Below, piece after piece: positions 62,398 to 64,000 of a DNA stretch of 64,000 bases. This DNA is from Bacteroidota bacterium. GTDB taxonomy: Bacteria; Bacteroidota; Bacteroidia; Palsa-965. Below the pieces are notes generated by a model. The model was not told the DNA's origin, did not search any database, and was given only the letters and a program-made list of their open reading frames with translations. Location of the stretch: the NCBI GenBank assembly GCA_031412295.1, contig JANOCU010000027.1, forward strand, positions 897-64,896, read 5' to 3'. Position 1 is the first letter of the stretch. The number at the start of each line of letters is the position of its first letter. The position numbers and the translations under genes are program-made.

Positions 62398-64000
62398 TCA
62401 GGCTTTCACCTTTTTCTTGCTGCTGCCCGTATTGTAGATCGCTTCACGCTGCGCTTTTACTTCAGGGTCACGGATGTATTCATCGTACGTCATCATTTTA
62501 TCGAGCGTACCATAAGGAGTAATTTCGACAATGCGATTTGCAACGGTTTGCATCAACTCATGATCATGCGATGTGAAAAGCACAATTCCCTTGAATTCTT
62601 TCATGGAATTATTCATCGTCGTGATCGATTCGAGATCAAGGTGATTCGTTGGCTCGTCGAGGATGATTACGTTCGCACCATTCAGCATCATGCGTGAAAC
62701 CATACAACGTACTTTTTCTCCACCGGAAAGCACACTTACTTTTTTCAATGTTTCTTCACCGGAGAAAAGCATCTTGCCTAAAAATCCGCGAATAAATGTT
62801 TCGTCTTTATCTTTTGAATATTGACGCAACCAATCCACAAGCGTATCACTATTATCAGTGAAATATGTGTGATTGTCATTCGGCAAATAAGCAGTCTGGA
62901 TGGTTTGTCCCCATTCTACTTTACCTGAATCAGGTGTATCTTCTCCTGCGAGAATGTCGAAGAATTTAGAAAGCGCAACATGATCTTTTGAAAGGAAACC
63001 GATCTTATCACCTTTTTTCAAACGCAAATTAATATTTGAAAAGAGATGTGTGCCGTCAACGGTTTTAGAAATATTCTCCACGTTGAGGATCTGGTCGCCG
63101 GGCTCACGTTCCATTTTAAAAATGATGGCAGGATATTTACGTGTGCTCGCCGGCATATCATCGACGTTCAATTTCTCAAGCAATTTTTTACGGCTCGTTG
63201 CTTGTCGTGATTTAGAAGCATTCGCAGAAAAACGCGCGATGAAATCAATTAATTCTTTTCGTTTGTCTTCTGTCTTTTTATTCTGATCACCTTTTTGTTT
63301 CTGTGCAAGCTGAGAAGCCTGGTACCAGAAATCATAATTACCGGTGTAAAGCGAGATCTTTTTGAAATCGATATCGCAGATGTGTGTACAAACGGTATCG
63401 AGAAAGTGACGATCGTGAGAAACTACGAGGACGATGTTTTTATAATCGGCAAGAAAATCTTCGAGCCATGAAATTGTTTCAACATCAAGATCGTTTGTCG
63501 GCTCATCGAGCAGGAGAATATCAGGGTTTCCGAATAAGGCCTGCGCAAGAAGCACACGCACTTTTTCCTGACCGTTGAGCTCACTCATTAATTTCTCATG
63601 CATCCCGGCGGTAATGCCAAGCTTGCTTAACAGATCAGCGGCTTCACTTTCTGCGTTCCAGCCATCCATTTCCGCAAATTCTGCTTCGAGCTCCGATGCT
63701 TTAATTCCATCCGCATCGGTAAAAGGATCTTTTGCATAGATCGCTTCTTTTTCCTGCATCACTTTCAGAAGCTTTTTATTGCCCATGATCACCGTTTGCA
63801 AAACAGGATACGCATCGAATGCAAAGTGATCCTGGCTCAGCACCGACATGCGCTGACCGGGCGTGATATGAACAGATCCTTTCGTAGGCTCAATTTCGCC
63901 TGAAAGGATTTTCATGAAAGTAGATTTGCCCGCACCGTTCGCGCCGATTACACCGTAACAATTGCCGGGTGTAAACTTGAGGTCAACTTCATCAAACAAA
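62398..64000 (-). CDS. ABC-F family ATPase (YbiT-like, two ABC domains); N-terminus truncated by the window end
   Basis: Two Walker A sites (GANGAGKST, GFLSKDHVALSKF), two LSGGEK signatures, and the ABC-F linker FSANASKSRQATSRKK, which is near-identical to E. coli YbiT. Confidence 0.85.
   Translation of the reverse strand, partial: LFDEVDLKFTPGNCYGVIGANGAGKSTFMKILSGEIEPTKGSVHITPGQRMSVLSQDHFAFDAYPVLQTVIMGNKKLLKVMQEKEAIYAKDPFTDADGIKASELEAEFAEMDGWNAESEAADLLSKLGITAGMHEKLMSELNGQEKVRVLLAQALFGNPDILLLDEPTNDLDVETISWLEDFLADYKNIVLVVSHDRHFLDTVCTHICDIDFKKISLYTGNYDFWYQASQLAQKQKGDQNKKTEDKRKELIDFIARFSANASKSRQATSRKKLLEKLNVDDMPASTRKYPAIIFKMEREPGDQILNVENISKTVDGTHLFSNINLRLKKGDKIGFLSKDHVALSKFFDILAGEDTPDSGKVEWGQTIQTAYLPNDNHTYFTDNSDTLVDWLRQYSKDKDETFIRGFLGKMLFSGEETLKKVSVLSGGEKVRCMVSRMMLNGANVIILDEPTNHLDLESITTMNNSMKEFKGIVLFTSHDHELMQTVANRIVEITPYGTLDKMMTYDEYIRDPEVKAQREAIYNTGSSKKKVKA

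Overview
This 64 kb window looks like a Bacteroidota chromosomal segment, probably from the Chitinophagaceae/Sphingobacteriia or Flavobacteriia. The evidence is several proteins carrying T9SS C-terminal sorting domains, Bacteroides-type KilA-N proteins, TAnnTTTG-like -7 promoter boxes and weak Shine-Dalgarno signals. Gene density is high and the content is mostly cell-envelope and housekeeping: a glycan-modification cassette, the selenouridine genes selU and selD, ribosomal protein S20 (rpsT), radC, wecB, upp plus a YjjG-like nucleotidase, a periplasmic peptidylprolyl-isomerase/SurA/MoxR cluster, a Csp3-like copper protein, an SF2 helicase, a 1872-aa alpha-2-macroglobulin, tandem KilA-N paralogs, several T9SS cargo proteins including a 1604-aa adhesin-like protein and a secreted M1 peptidase, two LytTR two-component modules, and an ABC-F ATPase truncated by the window end. 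No tRNA, rRNA, CRISPR array, transposase or integrase was recognised. The most unusual protein-level content is a 962-aa protein with an N-terminal outer-membrane beta-barrel and C-terminal tandem Ig-like repeats (inverse-autotransporter- or OmpA-like topology), divergently adjacent to an ECF sigma/anti-sigma pair that sits convergent to a SiaB/SiaC-like partner-switching pair. At the DNA level, gene junctions carry a recurrent family of short tandem heptamer/octamer arrays of the form TACNNNN, often arranged as long inverted repeats around a terminator hairpin. One element of the TAATCTGGTAA type is present in two copies, 16 kb apart. A T9SS tandem-domain protein at 60456..62065 appears pseudogenised by a frameshift and an in-frame stop. 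Two short ORFs that the supplied ORF track did not list are translationally coupled to larger genes. All calls rest on reading the translations and the sequence directly; no database search was possible.
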